This document shows positions 41,753-51,971 of a stretch of 64,000 bases of DNA, piece by piece. The stretch covers positions 350,109 to 414,108 of the forward strand of contig CAWAWS010000006.1 in NCBI GenBank assembly GCA_963785725.1. The letters are read 5' to 3'. Origin of the DNA: an uncultured delta proteobacterium. GTDB taxonomy: Bacteria > Myxococcota_A > Polyangia > Palsa-1104. Position 1 is the stretch's first letter. Each line of letters begins with the position of its first letter. The translations under genes and the position numbers were made by a program. The notes below the pieces were generated by a model. It made no database searches. It had not been told where the DNA came from and saw only the letters and a program-made list of their open reading frames with translations.

Positions 41753-43309
41753 GTGAGCGGTCGCGACGTTCGTACGCGCGTATATACGGCACTGGCCGGC
41801 CTCGCGCTCGTGCTCATGACGCTCGGGTTCGCCTATTGGACGCGCGCCTTCATCGCCGCCACGACGGTCGAGCTGGCGGACGGCCGCTTTCACACGCTCT
41901 TCGACGACGCCATGATCGCCATGCGCTACGCCTGGAACGTCGCGCACGGCAACGGCCTCGTGTTCAACCGCGGGCAGCGCATCGAAGGCTTCAGCAACCC
42001 GCTCTTCGTCCTCGCCATCCTGACGCCGGCGGCGCTGGCCGGCACCAAGAGCGCGGCGGTGGTGGTCGTGCAGTGGCTGGGCGCTCTCTTGCTCGTCGGC
42101 AACGCGGCGCTGACCGCGCGCGTCGCCGCGACGCTCGTCGCGTCCGAGCCGCGCGCCTGGCGATGGGTCGCGGCGCTCGTCGGTTTCGCGGCGGCGCTGC
42201 TCTATTACCCGCTCGATTATTGGACGCTGGGCGGCATGGAGACCGGCCTCGTCGCGCTGTTGGCGACGGCGGCGCTCGCCATCGCCGCGCAGCCGCGGCG
42301 CCCTTCGCGGCTGATCTTCGGCGTCATCCTCGGCCTGCTCGTCTGCACGCGCCTCGACGCGGCGACGACCGCCGCCGTCTTGTGGCTGTTCCGCGCCGCG
42401 ACCCTGCCGCGGCAGGACCGTCGCCGCCAGCTGGCGCGCGAGACCGCGATCGCCGTCGCGCTCATCGCCGTCATGCTGCTCGCGCGTCGCTGTTACTTCG
42501 GCGCCTGGCTCCCGAACACCTACGCGCTCAAGCTGCAAGGCGTCCCGTCGGCGATTCGCTGGCGCAACGGCTGGGTCTTCGTCACGCCGTTCGTGCGCGA
42601 CGAGGTCGGCGGCGCGCTCATCGTGACGCTCTTCGGCGCCGCCTGGCAGCGCTCGTCGCTGGCGCTGACGATAGGCCTGCTCTTGGGCACGGCCATCGTC
42701 TACCAAGCCTCGGTCGGCGGCGATCCGTGGGCCTATTGGCGCCACCTCGCGCCGTTCGTCCCGCTCGTCCTCGTCGGCTCGGCCTGGGGCGCGCTCGTCG
42801 TCTTGCGGCGCGTGCCCTGGCTCGGCGTCGTCGTCGCCGCGCTGGTCTTCTACGACGGCGTCGTGCGCGCCAACGCGCCCTTCGCCGCCGAAGCGCACTT
42901 TCGCCAGCTGCCCTATCTCGTCGACGAGAACCGCAAGAACGTCGCGCTCGCCGTGGCGCTCGGCCGCGTCTGCAAGCCCGAGGCGCGCCTCGGCCTCATC
43001 GCCGCCGGCGTCATCGGCTACTACAGCGACAACGAGATCGTCGACTTCCTCGGCAAGACCGACCGCCACATCGCGCGCCTGCCGCCCGATCTCCGCTTCG
43101 GCTTCCACGGCCTGTCGACGGTGCCGGGCCACAACAAATACGACTTGGACTATTCGATCGTGCAGCTGCGTCCCGACTACGTGCAGGTCGACAACTGGGG
43201 CCGCCAAAGCGTGCACGCCTTCGTCGACGGGCACTATCAGCGCGCCGGCAAGCTGTGGCTCCTGCGCGGCTCGCCCAACATTCGCTGGGACGTCGCGCTG
43301 AGACGTTGA
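41753..43309 (+). CDS. GT-C fold membrane glycosyltransferase (AftB-like)
   Basis: DDAMIAMRYAWN..GNGLVFN.G.RIEGFSNPL, GMET, PNTY..K, AAGVIGY, DFLG. Confidence 0.82.
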   Translation: MSGRDVRTRVYTALAGLALVLMTLGFAYWTRAFIAATTVELADGRFHTLFDDAMIAMRYAWNVAHGNGLVFNRGQRIEGFSNPLFVLAILTPAALAGTKSAAVVVVQWLGALLLVGNAALTARVAATLVASEPRAWRWVAALVGFAAALLYYPLDYWTLGGMETGLVALLATAALAIAAQPRRPSRLIFGVILGLLVCTRLDAATTAAVLWLFRAATLPRQDRRRQLARETAIAVALIAVMLLARRCYFGAWLPNTYALKLQGVPSAIRWRNGWVFVTPFVRDEVGGALIVTLFGAAWQRSSLALTIGLLLGTAIVYQASVGGDPWAYWRHLAPFVPLVLVGSAWGALVVLRRVPWLGVVVAALVFYDGVVRANAPFAAEAHFRQLPYLVDENRKNVALAVALGRVCKPEARLGLIAAGVIGYYSDNEIVDFLGKTDRHIARLPPDLRFGFHGLSTVPGHNKYDLDYSIVQLRPDYVQVDNWGRQSVHAFVDGHYQRAGKLWLLRGSPNIRWDVALRR

Positions 43310-43311
43310 AT

Positions 43312-43725
43312 TTAGCTGAGGCCGATCACGTGCGTCGTGATCGGCGTGCCTCGACGGAGGGTCTTGGTCACCGGCGTCTTGTCGGCGATCTCGCCGAGCC
43401 GCCGCTTCTGCTCGTCGCTGAGCGGCGCATCGAACGAGATCTGGCGCGTGATGTGCTCGTGCTTCTGCTGCTGCTCGTCCTCGCGCCGCTCCATCGTCAG
43501 CCGCACGCGAATCGTCCCGAGCTGCCAGCCTTTGCGCTCGGCGTACATGCGCAGCGTCGCCGACGTACAGCTGCCGAGGGCCGACAGCAACAGGCCATAC
43601 GGCGACGGACCCGCGTCTTGCCCGCCGTTGCCGAGCGGCTCATCGCCGACGAGGTGGTGATGCCCGGTCTCGATCGCTTGCAGATACTTGTGCTCGCTCT
43701 GCACCAACGCGCCGGCGATGATCAT
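43312..43725 (-). CDS. OsmC family protein
   Basis: DEP...GG.D.GPSPY.LLLSALGSCT..TLRMYA; second Cys replaced (KTPV). Confidence 0.92.
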   Translation of the reverse strand: MIIAGALVQSEHKYLQAIETGHHHLVGDEPLGNGGQDAGPSPYGLLLSALGSCTSATLRMYAERKGWQLGTIRVRLTMERREDEQQQKHEHITRQISFDAPLSDEQKRRLGEIADKTPVTKTLRRGTPITTHVIGLS

Positions 43726-43734
43726 GCGGCTAGT

Positions 43735-44766
43735 TTACGGTTGCGCGATTTTCATGCACGTCCAATAGCAGAGCGACGCGACGGCGGCGGCGGCGGGAAT
43801 CGTGAACAGCCAGGCCCAGACGATGCGGCCGGCGACGCCCCATTTGACGCCCGACAAGCTCGTCGTCGCCGAGCCGACGCCGACGATGGAGCCGGTGATG
43901 GTGTGCGTCGTCGAGACCGGGATGCCGGCGTGCGTCGCCAGAAAGAGCGTGATGGCGCCGGCGGTCTCGGCGCAAAAGCCGCCGACGGGCTTGAGCTTCG
44001 TCAGCTTCATGCCCATCGTGCGCACGATCCGCCAGCCGCCCATCGCCGTGCCGAGGCCCATGGCCGCGTTGCACGACAAGACGATCCACGACGTCTTGGC
44101 GCTGAACAGCGACAGCTTGGCCTCGGCGGGCAAGATGCCGCCGGCGAGCAGGACGGCCATGATGATGCCCATCGTCTTCTGCGCGTCGTTGCCGCCGTGG
44201 CCGATCGAGTAGAGCGCGGCCGAGAACAGCTGCGCGCGGCGGAAGATGCGGTCGACGCGCGCCGGGCGCCACCTTCGAAAGATCCAGAAGACGGCGAGCA
44301 TCAACAAGAAGGCCAAGCCGAAGCCCATGACCGGCGCGATGAAGATGAACTTCACGATCTCGGTCAGCGACTTCCAGCGCAGCGCGTGCCAGCCGCCGTG
44401 CGCGAGGCCGGCGCCGGCGAAGCCGCCGATGAGCGCGTGCGACGAGCTCGTCGGCAAGCCCCACCACCACGTCAGCAGGTCCCAGACGATGGCGCCGACG
44501 AGGCCGGCCAGGATGACGATGACGTAGTCGTGATCGTCGGCCTTGATGATGACGATCTTGGAGACGGTGTCGGCCACTTTGGGCGCGAACAAGAACATGG
44601 CGACGAAGTTGAAGAACGCCGCCCACAAGACGGCGACCTGCGGCTTCAGAACGCGCGTGGAGACGACGGTGGCGATGGAGTTGGCAGCGTCGTGAAAGCC
44701 GTTGATGACGTCGAAGCCGAGCGCGATGGCGACGGTGAGGATGACGAGGATCGAGGTCGTCGTCAT
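43735..44766 (-). CDS. pit: PiT family inorganic phosphate transporter
   Basis: NGFHDAANSIAT, PTSSSHAL, HGGNDAQKTMG, PVSTTH. Confidence 0.96.
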   Translation of the reverse strand: MTTTSILVILTVAIALGFDVINGFHDAANSIATVVSTRVLKPQVAVLWAAFFNFVAMFLFAPKVADTVSKIVIIKADDHDYVIVILAGLVGAIVWDLLTWWWGLPTSSSHALIGGFAGAGLAHGGWHALRWKSLTEIVKFIFIAPVMGFGLAFLLMLAVFWIFRRWRPARVDRIFRRAQLFSAALYSIGHGGNDAQKTMGIIMAVLLAGGILPAEAKLSLFSAKTSWIVLSCNAAMGLGTAMGGWRIVRTMGMKLTKLKPVGGFCAETAGAITLFLATHAGIPVSTTHTITGSIVGVGSATTSLSGVKWGVAGRIVWAWLFTIPAAAAVASLCYWTCMKIAQP

Positions 44767-44770
44767 GCGG

Positions 44771-45397
44771 CTACGCGTGCTCCAGCACGACGCCTTCGAT
44801 GATGTTGGCCACGTCTTCGCAGCGATCGGTCGCGTTCTCGAGGTTCTCGTAAATCTCTTTCCATTTGATGATCGCCAGAACGTCCTTCTCTTCGTCGAAC
44901 AGCCGCGCCACGGCCGCGCGCAAAATGGAGTCGGCCTCGTTCTCCAGCCGATTGATATCGATACACTTCTTGGTGATCGCCTCGGCGTGCTCGAGGTTGC
45001 GCAAGAGCTTCAGCGTGCCTTCCAGCTCCTGCGCGGCGCGCAACAGCACGTCCGCGAGATCCTTCACGTCTTGCGTCATCGTCGTCAGCTTGTAGAGCGC
45101 GATGCGCTCCGACGCCGCCTCGACGTAATCCATGATGTCGTCCATCTTCGAAATGAGCCGAAAGATGTCGTCGCGCTCGATGGGCGTGATGAAGGTCTTG
45201 TGCAGCTGCTCGACACAGTGATGCGTAATCGTGTCGCACTCGTGCTCGATCTCTTTGATGCGCTTGGCTTTCGCCGTGATGTTGGCGCCGGTCGACGCGA
45301 GCGAGAGGAACTCCTGCGCGCCCTGCACCGTCATCGCCGCGTGGCGCTCGAAGAAGTCGAAAAAGCTGGTTTCGCGAGGCAATAAGCGTCCGAACAT
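44771..45397 (-). CDS. DUF47 / Pit accessory protein (PhoU-like)
   Basis: FFDFF, EHECD, TFITPIERDDI, LENEAD, LENATD. Confidence 0.95.
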   Translation of the reverse strand: MFGRLLPRETSFFDFFERHAAMTVQGAQEFLSLASTGANITAKAKRIKEIEHECDTITHHCVEQLHKTFITPIERDDIFRLISKMDDIMDYVEAASERIALYKLTTMTQDVKDLADVLLRAAQELEGTLKLLRNLEHAEAITKKCIDINRLENEADSILRAAVARLFDEEKDVLAIIKWKEIYENLENATDRCEDVANIIEGVVLEHA

Positions 45398-45404
45398 GCG
45401 CAGC

Positions 45405-45446
45405 ATAGTAGCGATCGCGTGAACGAAGTGTGACTGTTTTGTGAGC
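45405..45446 (-). promoter_or_regulatory. Pho-box-like triple direct repeat plus -10 element for DUF47-pit
   Basis: Minus strand CTCACAAAACA-GTCACACTTCG-TTCACGCGATC (TCAC every 11 nt) just upstream of TACTAT. Confidence 0.65.
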
Positions 45447-45500
45447 GAGTGGCTCGCGGTTGCGGCACTATGGGTTTCGGCGCTACCACTGGCCCAATCG

Positions 45501-47249
45501 ATGGCGTCGACCCGCATCCAACAGCGCTTGCTCATTGCGTTCCTGGGCGTGGTCGTGGCCGTGCTCCTACCCGCGGCGTTCATGCTCGACAGCTGGATCG
45601 GCGACGGCGTGCGCGATCTGGTGCGCGAGTCGCTGACGCGCGAAGCCGAAGCGATGGCCGGCGAGCTGCAGCGCGCGCAGCCGCCCGATCTCGCCGACTG
45701 GGTCGCGCACTCGGCGACGACGGCGCGCGTGACCGTCATCGACGGCGACGGACGCGTGCGCGGCGACTCCGACGTGGCCGCCGCCAACCTGTCGACGCTG
45801 GAGAACCACGCCGCGCGCCCCGAAGTGCGCGACGCGCTCATCGGCAACATCGGCGTCGACGCGCGCCGCTCGCAGACGATCGGCCGCACGCTGCTGTACG
45901 TCGCCGTGCCGGTTCACGGCGACGGCCCGGCCAAGGTGCTGCGCCTGGCGTTGCCGCTCGATCAGGTCGGCGCCACCGTCGGACGCGCGCACTTCGCGGT
46001 GTGGCTCGCGGGCTTGATGGCGCTCGTGCTCGCGCTGCTCTTGGGCACGACACTGTCGCGCTGGCTGACGCGGCCGATCTTGGCGATGACGCGAGCCGCG
46101 CGCGCGATGAGCCACGGCGACTTCGAGGCGACACTGCCCGAGCCGAGCGACGACGAGCTGGGCGAGCTCGTGCACGCGCTCGACACCTTGCGCAACCAGC
46201 TGGCGATGCGTCTGGCCGAGCTGCGCCAAGAGGGCGTCAAGCTGCGCGCCATCGTCAACGGCATGTCCGAAGGCGTCGCGCTCGTGCAAGACGGCATCAT
46301 CTCGGTCGCGAACCCGGCCTTCGGCAAGCTGCTCAACGTCTCCGCCGAGGTCGAAGGCCGCGGCGTGCGCGACGCCACGCGGCTGCCCGCCGTCGGCGAC
46401 GCCATCGATGCCGCGCTCTCCAAAGGCAAAGGCGCGTCGCGCGAAGTGCAGATCGGCGGCCGCGCGCTCATGGTGCAGGTCGATCCGCTGGCCAACTCGC
46501 CGACGCCGCAGGCGGTCGTCGTGCTCATCGACGTCACCGAGCCGAAGCGGCTCGAGCGGCTGCGGCGCGAGTTCGTCGCCAACGCCTCGCACGAGCTGCG
46601 CACGCCGGTCGCCGCCATCGTCGGCGTCGCCGAGACGCTGGCCGCCGGCGCCGCCGACAATCCGGAAGCGCGCCAGTCGTTCCTCGAGATCTTGATTCGC
46701 CATTCGCAGCGGCTGTCGCGCTTGACGTCGGATCTGCTCGACATCGCGCGCCTCGAGGCTGGCTATCGTCCGCGCGTCGAAGTCGTCGAGCTCGGCCGCT
46801 CGATCGACGCGGTCATGGGCACGCTGCAGGTCAAAGCCGACGACAAGCGCATCGAGCTGTCGAAGACGGTGCCGCCCGAGCTGCGCGTCTCGGCCGAGCG
46901 CGCCGCCGTCGAGCAGATCCTGACGAACCTCGTCGAGAACGCCATCAAGTACACGCCGTCGGGCGGTCGCGTCCACGTGCAGGCCGAGCTCAAAGGCGCG
47001 AAGATCCGCATCATCGTCGCCGACACCGGCCCCGGCATCCCGGCCGAGCATCACGCGCGGCTGTTCGAGCGCTTCTACCGCGTCGACGACGCCCGCTCGC
47101 GCGACCTCGGCGGCACCGGCCTCGGCCTGGCCATCGTCAAGCACTTGTCGTTGGCCAACGGCGGCGACGTCTCCGTCGAGAGCGAGGTCGGCCGCGGCAG
47201 CCGATTCATCGTCAGTTTACCGCGCGAAGAGGTTAACGTAGCGTCATGA
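45501..47249 (+). CDS. phoR: Phosphate regulon sensor kinase
   Basis: ENH..RPEV sensor motif, HAMP, PAS, FVANASHELRTP, FERFYRVD.ARSR..GGTGLGLAIVKH; pst context. Confidence 0.92.
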   Translation: MASTRIQQRLLIAFLGVVVAVLLPAAFMLDSWIGDGVRDLVRESLTREAEAMAGELQRAQPPDLADWVAHSATTARVTVIDGDGRVRGDSDVAAANLSTLENHAARPEVRDALIGNIGVDARRSQTIGRTLLYVAVPVHGDGPAKVLRLALPLDQVGATVGRAHFAVWLAGLMALVLALLLGTTLSRWLTRPILAMTRAARAMSHGDFEATLPEPSDDELGELVHALDTLRNQLAMRLAELRQEGVKLRAIVNGMSEGVALVQDGIISVANPAFGKLLNVSAEVEGRGVRDATRLPAVGDAIDAALSKGKGASREVQIGGRALMVQVDPLANSPTPQAVVVLIDVTEPKRLERLRREFVANASHELRTPVAAIVGVAETLAAGAADNPEARQSFLEILIRHSQRLSRLTSDLLDIARLEAGYRPRVEVVELGRSIDAVMGTLQVKADDKRIELSKTVPPELRVSAERAAVEQILTNLVENAIKYTPSGGRVHVQAELKGAKIRIIVADTGPGIPAEHHARLFERFYRVDDARSRDLGGTGLGLAIVKHLSLANGGDVSVESEVGRGSRFIVSLPREEVNVAS

Positions 47250-47944
47250 ATCGCGGCTTAGTGCTCATCGTCGACGACGAACGCGATCTGCGCACGCTCC
47301 TCGACTTCAATTTGCGGCAAGCCGGCTGGCGGACGGCGCAAGCGGAGTCGGGCGCGGAGGCGTTGGCGCGCGCGCGCAGCTTGCAACCGTCGGTGATCGT
47401 GCTCGATCTGAACCTGCCCGACGTCTCCGGCATGGACGTCTGTCGCCTCTTGCGCGCCGAGCCCGAGACGCGCGACGTGCCGATCTTGATGCTGACCGCG
47501 CGTGGCGCCGAGTCCGATCGCGTGCAAGGCCTCGAGCTCGGCGCCGACGACTATCTGACGAAGCCGTTCTCGGTGCGCGAGCTGGTGTTGCGCGTCGAAG
47601 CGGTGTCGCGGCGGCGGCAGGGCGCGAGCGCGCCGGCGGCCAAGCAGCGCCTCGGCGCCGGCCGCATCGAGCTCGACCTCGACGCGCACCTCTGTTACGT
47701 CGACACCGTCGAGCTGCCGTTGACGCTGCAGGAGTTCCGCCTGCTCGCGTATTTGATCCAAGGTGCCGGCCGCGTGCGCACGCGCGAGGAGCTGCTCGCC
47801 GACGTCTGGAACGCGTCGCCCGAGCTCGAGACGCGCACGGTCGACACGCACGTCAAGCGGTTGCGCGACAAGCTCGGCGAAGCCGGCGAGATCATCGAGA
47901 CCGTCCGCGGCCTCGGCTATCGCATCCGCACCGGCGACGAATAG
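47246..47944 (+). CDS. phoB: Phosphate regulon response regulator (OmpR family)
   Basis: REC + winged helix, RTVDTHVKRLRDKL; ATGA overlap with phoR. Confidence 0.9.
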   Translation: MNRGLVLIVDDERDLRTLLDFNLRQAGWRTAQAESGAEALARARSLQPSVIVLDLNLPDVSGMDVCRLLRAEPETRDVPILMLTARGAESDRVQGLELGADDYLTKPFSVRELVLRVEAVSRRRQGASAPAAKQRLGAGRIELDLDAHLCYVDTVELPLTLQEFRLLAYLIQGAGRVRTREELLADVWNASPELETRTVDTHVKRLRDKLGEAGEIIETVRGLGYRIRTGDE

Positions 47945-48285
47945 CCTTCGTTCGGCCGACCCGACGGAAGGCGCCGGCCAGCGTCGCCACGCGGGTCGGA
48001 ACGTTCCGTCGCGACGTCAAAGTCGCGCGCCGGGTTCCGGAGCCATCGCGTCGATTCCGCCTATTTTCCGAAACGTCACAGAAGCCTGCTGTCGCGCCGT
48101 GTTACTGGCGGGCGCATGAGATCGCCGCATCGCCTCATCGCGCTCGAGCACGGGCGCGCCGGACGTCGTGCAGCCCAGCCACTCGCGAAATCATTACGTA
48201 AATTCCGTTCGCAACAGTTCGCATACTCGTCACCAAGGCGACACGTGGGGTCGATTAGGCTTCCGCAGTCGTCGCAGGAGAGATC

Positions 48286-49323
48286 ATGAAACGTCTTGGG
48301 TTTTTCGCCGCTGCCTGCTCGTTTGCCGCGCTCACTGCCGGCATCGCCCGCGCCGACTCGCTGCTCATCAACGGCGCCGGCGCGACCTTCCCGTTCCCGC
48401 TCTATTCGAAGTGGTTCAGCGAGTACAACAAGCTGCACGCCGACCAGAAGTTCAATTACCAGTCGATCGGCTCGGGCGGCGGCATCAAGCAGATCACCGA
48501 GAAGACCGTCGATTTCGGCGCCTCCGATGCGCCGATGTCGGATGACGACCTCAAGAAGGCGCCGGGCGTCGTGCACATGCCGACCGTTCTCGGCGCCGTC
48601 GCCGTCGTTTACAACGGCGCGCCGGCGGGCGTGAAGCTGAGCGCCGACGTCGTCGCCGACATTTTCCAGGGCAAGATCACCAAGTGGAACGACCCCAAGC
48701 TCGCCGCCGCGAACCCCGGCGTCAAGCTGCCGGACGTCGCCATCACCGTCGCCCATCGCTCGGACGGCTCGGGCACGACCGCCGTCTTCACCGACTACCT
48801 CGCCAAGGTCTCGCCGAGCTGGAAGACGACGGTCGGCGCCGGCAAGAGCGTCAAGTGGCCGGTCGGCCTCGGCGGCAAGGGCAACGAAGGCGTCACCGGC
48901 ACCGTCAAGTCGACGCCGGGCGCCATCGGCTACGTCGAGCTCGCCTACGCCAAGCAGAACAAGCTCACCATGGCCGCCATCAAGAACAGCGACGGCAACT
49001 TCGTGCTCCCGTCGATCGAGTCGACGTCGGAAGCGGCAGCGGCGGTCGTGATGCCGGCCGATTTCCGCGTCTCCATCACCGACGCCAAGGGCAAGGACGC
49101 CTACCCGATCTCGTCGTTCACCTACATCCTCGTTTACAAGGAGCAGACCGACGCCGCCAAGGGCAAGGCGCTGGTGAACTTCTTGTGGTGGGCGACGCAT
49201 GACGGCCAGAAGCTCGCCGGTCCGCTCGACTACGCGCCGCTGCCGAAGGCGGTCGTGACCAAGGTCGAGGCCGAGCTGAAGTCGCTGACGGTGCAGGGCA
49301 AGGCGGTCCTCGCGGCCAACTAA
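48286..49323 (+). CDS. pstS: Phosphate ABC transporter substrate-binding protein
   Basis: AGGAG RBS; GAGATFP, YQSIGSGGG, DFGASD, RSDGSGTT, GKGNEGV. Confidence 0.97.
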   Translation: MKRLGFFAAACSFAALTAGIARADSLLINGAGATFPFPLYSKWFSEYNKLHADQKFNYQSIGSGGGIKQITEKTVDFGASDAPMSDDDLKKAPGVVHMPTVLGAVAVVYNGAPAGVKLSADVVADIFQGKITKWNDPKLAAANPGVKLPDVAITVAHRSDGSGTTAVFTDYLAKVSPSWKTTVGAGKSVKWPVGLGGKGNEGVTGTVKSTPGAIGYVELAYAKQNKLTMAAIKNSDGNFVLPSIESTSEAAAAVVMPADFRVSITDAKGKDAYPISSFTYILVYKEQTDAAKGKALVNFLWWATHDGQKLAGPLDYAPLPKAVVTKVEAELKSLTVQGKAVLAAN

Positions 49324-50315
49324 TGGAAGCGATGGCGAACACGAGCGCGAGCACGCCTCCGGAGAAGCAGCCGGAGCGGTCGGCGCGCAGTCAGCGACAC
49401 GTCGGCGACCAAGTGTTCGCCGTCTCGACGACGCTGCTCGGCGGCACGGTGCTGCTCGTCGTCGGCGTCATCGTGCTCGTGTGCGCGCGCTTGTCGGCGC
49501 CGGCGTTCGCCAAGCTCGGCCTCTGGCACTTCCTCGGCGGCAGCGATTGGAATCCCGTCGAAGATTCGTTCGGCGCGCTGCCGTTCATCTACGGCACGCT
49601 CATGACGTCGGCGGTCGCGCTCGTCGTCGCGGTGCCGGTGGCCATCGGTCTCGCGCTCTTCCTGACCGAGATGGCGCCGGCGCGCGTGCAGCGGATCGTC
49701 TCGTTTCTCGTCGAGATCTTGGCCTCGATTCCGAGCGTCGTCTACGGCCTGTGGGGCCTCATGGTGCTGGTGCCGATTCTGCGCGACATCGTCGAGCCGG
49801 CGCTCGGGCGTTGGCTCGGCTGGCTGCCTCTGTTCGGTGGCCCGCCGCTCGGTCTCGGCTTTTTGGCCGCCGGGCTGCTGCTCGCGATCATGATCCTGCC
49901 GACGATCTCGTCGGTGACGATCGAGGTCTTGCGCACGATGCCGGGCGCCTTGCGCGAAGGTGCGCTGGCGCTCGGTGCGACGCGCTGGGAGGCCATCCGC
50001 ATCGCGACCTTGCCGTACGCCACGCGCGGCATCATGGGCGCGGTCATTCTCGGTCTGGCGCGCGCGCTCGGCGAGACGATGGCGGTGACGATGGTGATCG
50101 GCAATCAGCCCGAAATCCACGCGTCGCTGTTCGCCGCCGGCTACTCGCTGCCGTCGGTGATCGCCAACGAGTTCGCCGAGGCCTCGGGCGCCGTGCACAC
50201 CGGCGCGCTGGCCGGCCTGGCGCTCGTGCTCTTCGGCGTGACGCTGCTCTTGTCGGCGTCGGCGCGCCTCTTGGTTCGCCTGACGACCCGACGCTTCTCG
50301 ACGGTGGTGGCATGA
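49323..50315 (+). CDS. pstC: Phosphate ABC transporter permease
   Basis: FGALPFIYGTL, LASIPSVVYGLWG, ALGATRWE, RALGETMAV. Confidence 0.96.
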   Translation: MEAMANTSASTPPEKQPERSARSQRHVGDQVFAVSTTLLGGTVLLVVGVIVLVCARLSAPAFAKLGLWHFLGGSDWNPVEDSFGALPFIYGTLMTSAVALVVAVPVAIGLALFLTEMAPARVQRIVSFLVEILASIPSVVYGLWGLMVLVPILRDIVEPALGRWLGWLPLFGGPPLGLGFLAAGLLLAIMILPTISSVTIEVLRTMPGALREGALALGATRWEAIRIATLPYATRGIMGAVILGLARALGETMAVTMVIGNQPEIHASLFAAGYSLPSVIANEFAEASGAVHTGALAGLALVLFGVTLLLSASARLLVRLTTRRFSTVVA

Positions 50316-51215
50316 ACGGTACGAATCCCATGGCAATGACTCGCACGGCGGCCTACGCGATTCCGCGCACGGTCGGCAATCATCGCGCCCGCGCCGTCAC
50401 CAACACGATCATGACCGGCCTGTGCGCGGCGGCCGTCGTCGTCGCGCTGGCGCCGCTGTTCTCGGTGTTGTGGCTCGTCGTCTCGCGCGGCGTGCACTCG
50501 TTGTCGCTCGAGTTCTTCACCAGCCTGCCCAAGCCCGTCGGCGAGGTCGGCGGCGGCGTCGGCAACGCCATCGTCGGCACGCTTGTTCATGGTCGGCCTG
50601 GCGTCGCTCATCGGGCTGCCGCTCGGCATCGGCGCCGGCATCTTCTTGGCCGAGCGCGGCGACGGCAAGCTCGGCCACACCGTGCGCTTCACGGCCGAGG
50701 TCCTCGCCGGCGTGCCGTCGATCGTCGTCGGCGTCGTCGCCTACGGCCTCATCGTCATCCCCATGCGCCACTTCTCGGCGTTGGCGGGCGCGGCGGCGCT
50801 GGCGATCCTCATGATCCCGACCTTGGCGCGCGGCACCGAAGAGATGATCCGCCTGGTCCCGCGCTCGCTGCGTGAAGCGTCGCTGGCGCTCGGCGTTCCG
50901 GCGTGGAAGACGAGCCTCTCGGTCGTCCTGCGCACGGCGCTCGGCGGCCTCATCAACGCCGCGCTCTTGTCGATCGCGCGTGCCGCCGGCGAGACGGCGC
51001 CGCTCTTGTTCACGGCGCTGAACAACCAGTATTGGAACGCGCATCCGCTGCAGCCGACGGCGTCGCTGACCGTGCAGATCTACAACTACGCGATCAGCCC
51101 GTATGACGACTGGCATGACAAGGCGTGGGGGGCGGCGCTGTGTTTATTGATGCTCATTGGGCTTCTCAGTCTCGTCGCGCGCGTGGCCACGTCGCGCCGG
51201 CAAGTGAAAGCATGA
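50312..51215 (+). CDS. pstA: Phosphate ABC transporter permease; one-base frameshift near 50583
   Basis: [10 protein letters not shown] then next frame [23 protein letters not shown]. Confidence 0.92.
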
Positions 51216-51967
51216 CCGAGCAGCGTCCCAAGCTCGAGATCCAGAAGCTCGACGCCTGGTTCGGGGCGACGCGCGCGGTCAAGTCGATCTCGCTGTCGGT
51301 CGAAGCGCGCAGCGTGCTGGCGATCATCGGGCCGTCGGGCTGCGGCAAATCGACGTTCGTGCGCTGCTTGAACCGCATGCACGAGCTGACGCCGGGCGCA
51401 CGCTCCGAAGGCCGCGTGCTGCTCGACGGCGAAGACGTGTACGACGTCGATCCCGTCTATTTGCGCCGCCGCGTCGGCATGGTCTTCCAGCGCCCGAACG
51501 TGTTCCCGACGATGTCGATCCGCGAGAACGTCGTCGCCGGCTTGAAGCTCAACCGCGTGCGCGCCGACTACGAAGCGATCGTCGAGAAGACGCTGCAGCA
51601 GACGGCGTTGTGGGACGAGGTCAAGGATCGGCTCGATCAGAGCGCGGTCGGCTTGTCGGGCGGTCAGCAGCAGCGCTTGTGCATCGCGCGCGCCTTGGCG
51701 GTCGAGCCCGAAGTCTTGCTGATGGACGAGCCGGCGTCGGCGCTCGATCCCATCGCGACGGCGAAGATCGAGGAGCTCATCGACGAGCTCAAGCAGCAGT
51801 ACACCATCGTGATCGTCACGCATAATATGCAGCAGGCGATCCGCGTCAGCGATTTCACGGCATTCTTCTACTTGGGCGAGCTCATCGAGAAGGGGCCGAC
51901 GCAGCAGCTGTTCACGACGCCGGCGCAGCGGGCCACCGAAGACTACGTGACCGGGAAATTCGGCTGA
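51212..51967 (+). CDS. pstB: Phosphate ABC transporter ATPase
   Basis: [43 protein letters not shown]. Confidence 0.97.
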   Translation: MTEQRPKLEIQKLDAWFGATRAVKSISLSVEARSVLAIIGPSGCGKSTFVRCLNRMHELTPGARSEGRVLLDGEDVYDVDPVYLRRRVGMVFQRPNVFPTMSIRENVVAGLKLNRVRADYEAIVEKTLQQTALWDEVKDRLDQSAVGLSGGQQQRLCIARALAVEPEVLLMDEPASALDPIATAKIEELIDELKQQYTIVIVTHNMQQAIRVSDFTAFFYLGELIEKGPTQQLFTTPAQRATEDYVTGKFG

Positions 51968-51971
51968 GGTG

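Noticed and set aside
28393..43725. Genomic island integrated at tRNA-Cys
   Set aside because: No integrase, no duplicated tRNA 3-prime end seen, no evident compositional shift
41722..44802. 1026-aa ORF and other long Arg/Ala-rich ORFs (8097..10418, 29119..31506, 34280..36451, 61478..63835)
   Set aside because: Alternative-frame or antisense shadows of well-supported genes, expected at this GC content
48195..48245. Pho box upstream of pstS
   Set aside because: GTTCGCA/GTTCGCA/CGTCACC units have irregular 10-11 nt spacing and weak match; plausible but not supportable by eye
47945..48285. Structured ncRNA or riboswitch in the phoB-pstS gap
   Set aside because: Only generic GC hairpins; no recognisable riboswitch consensus
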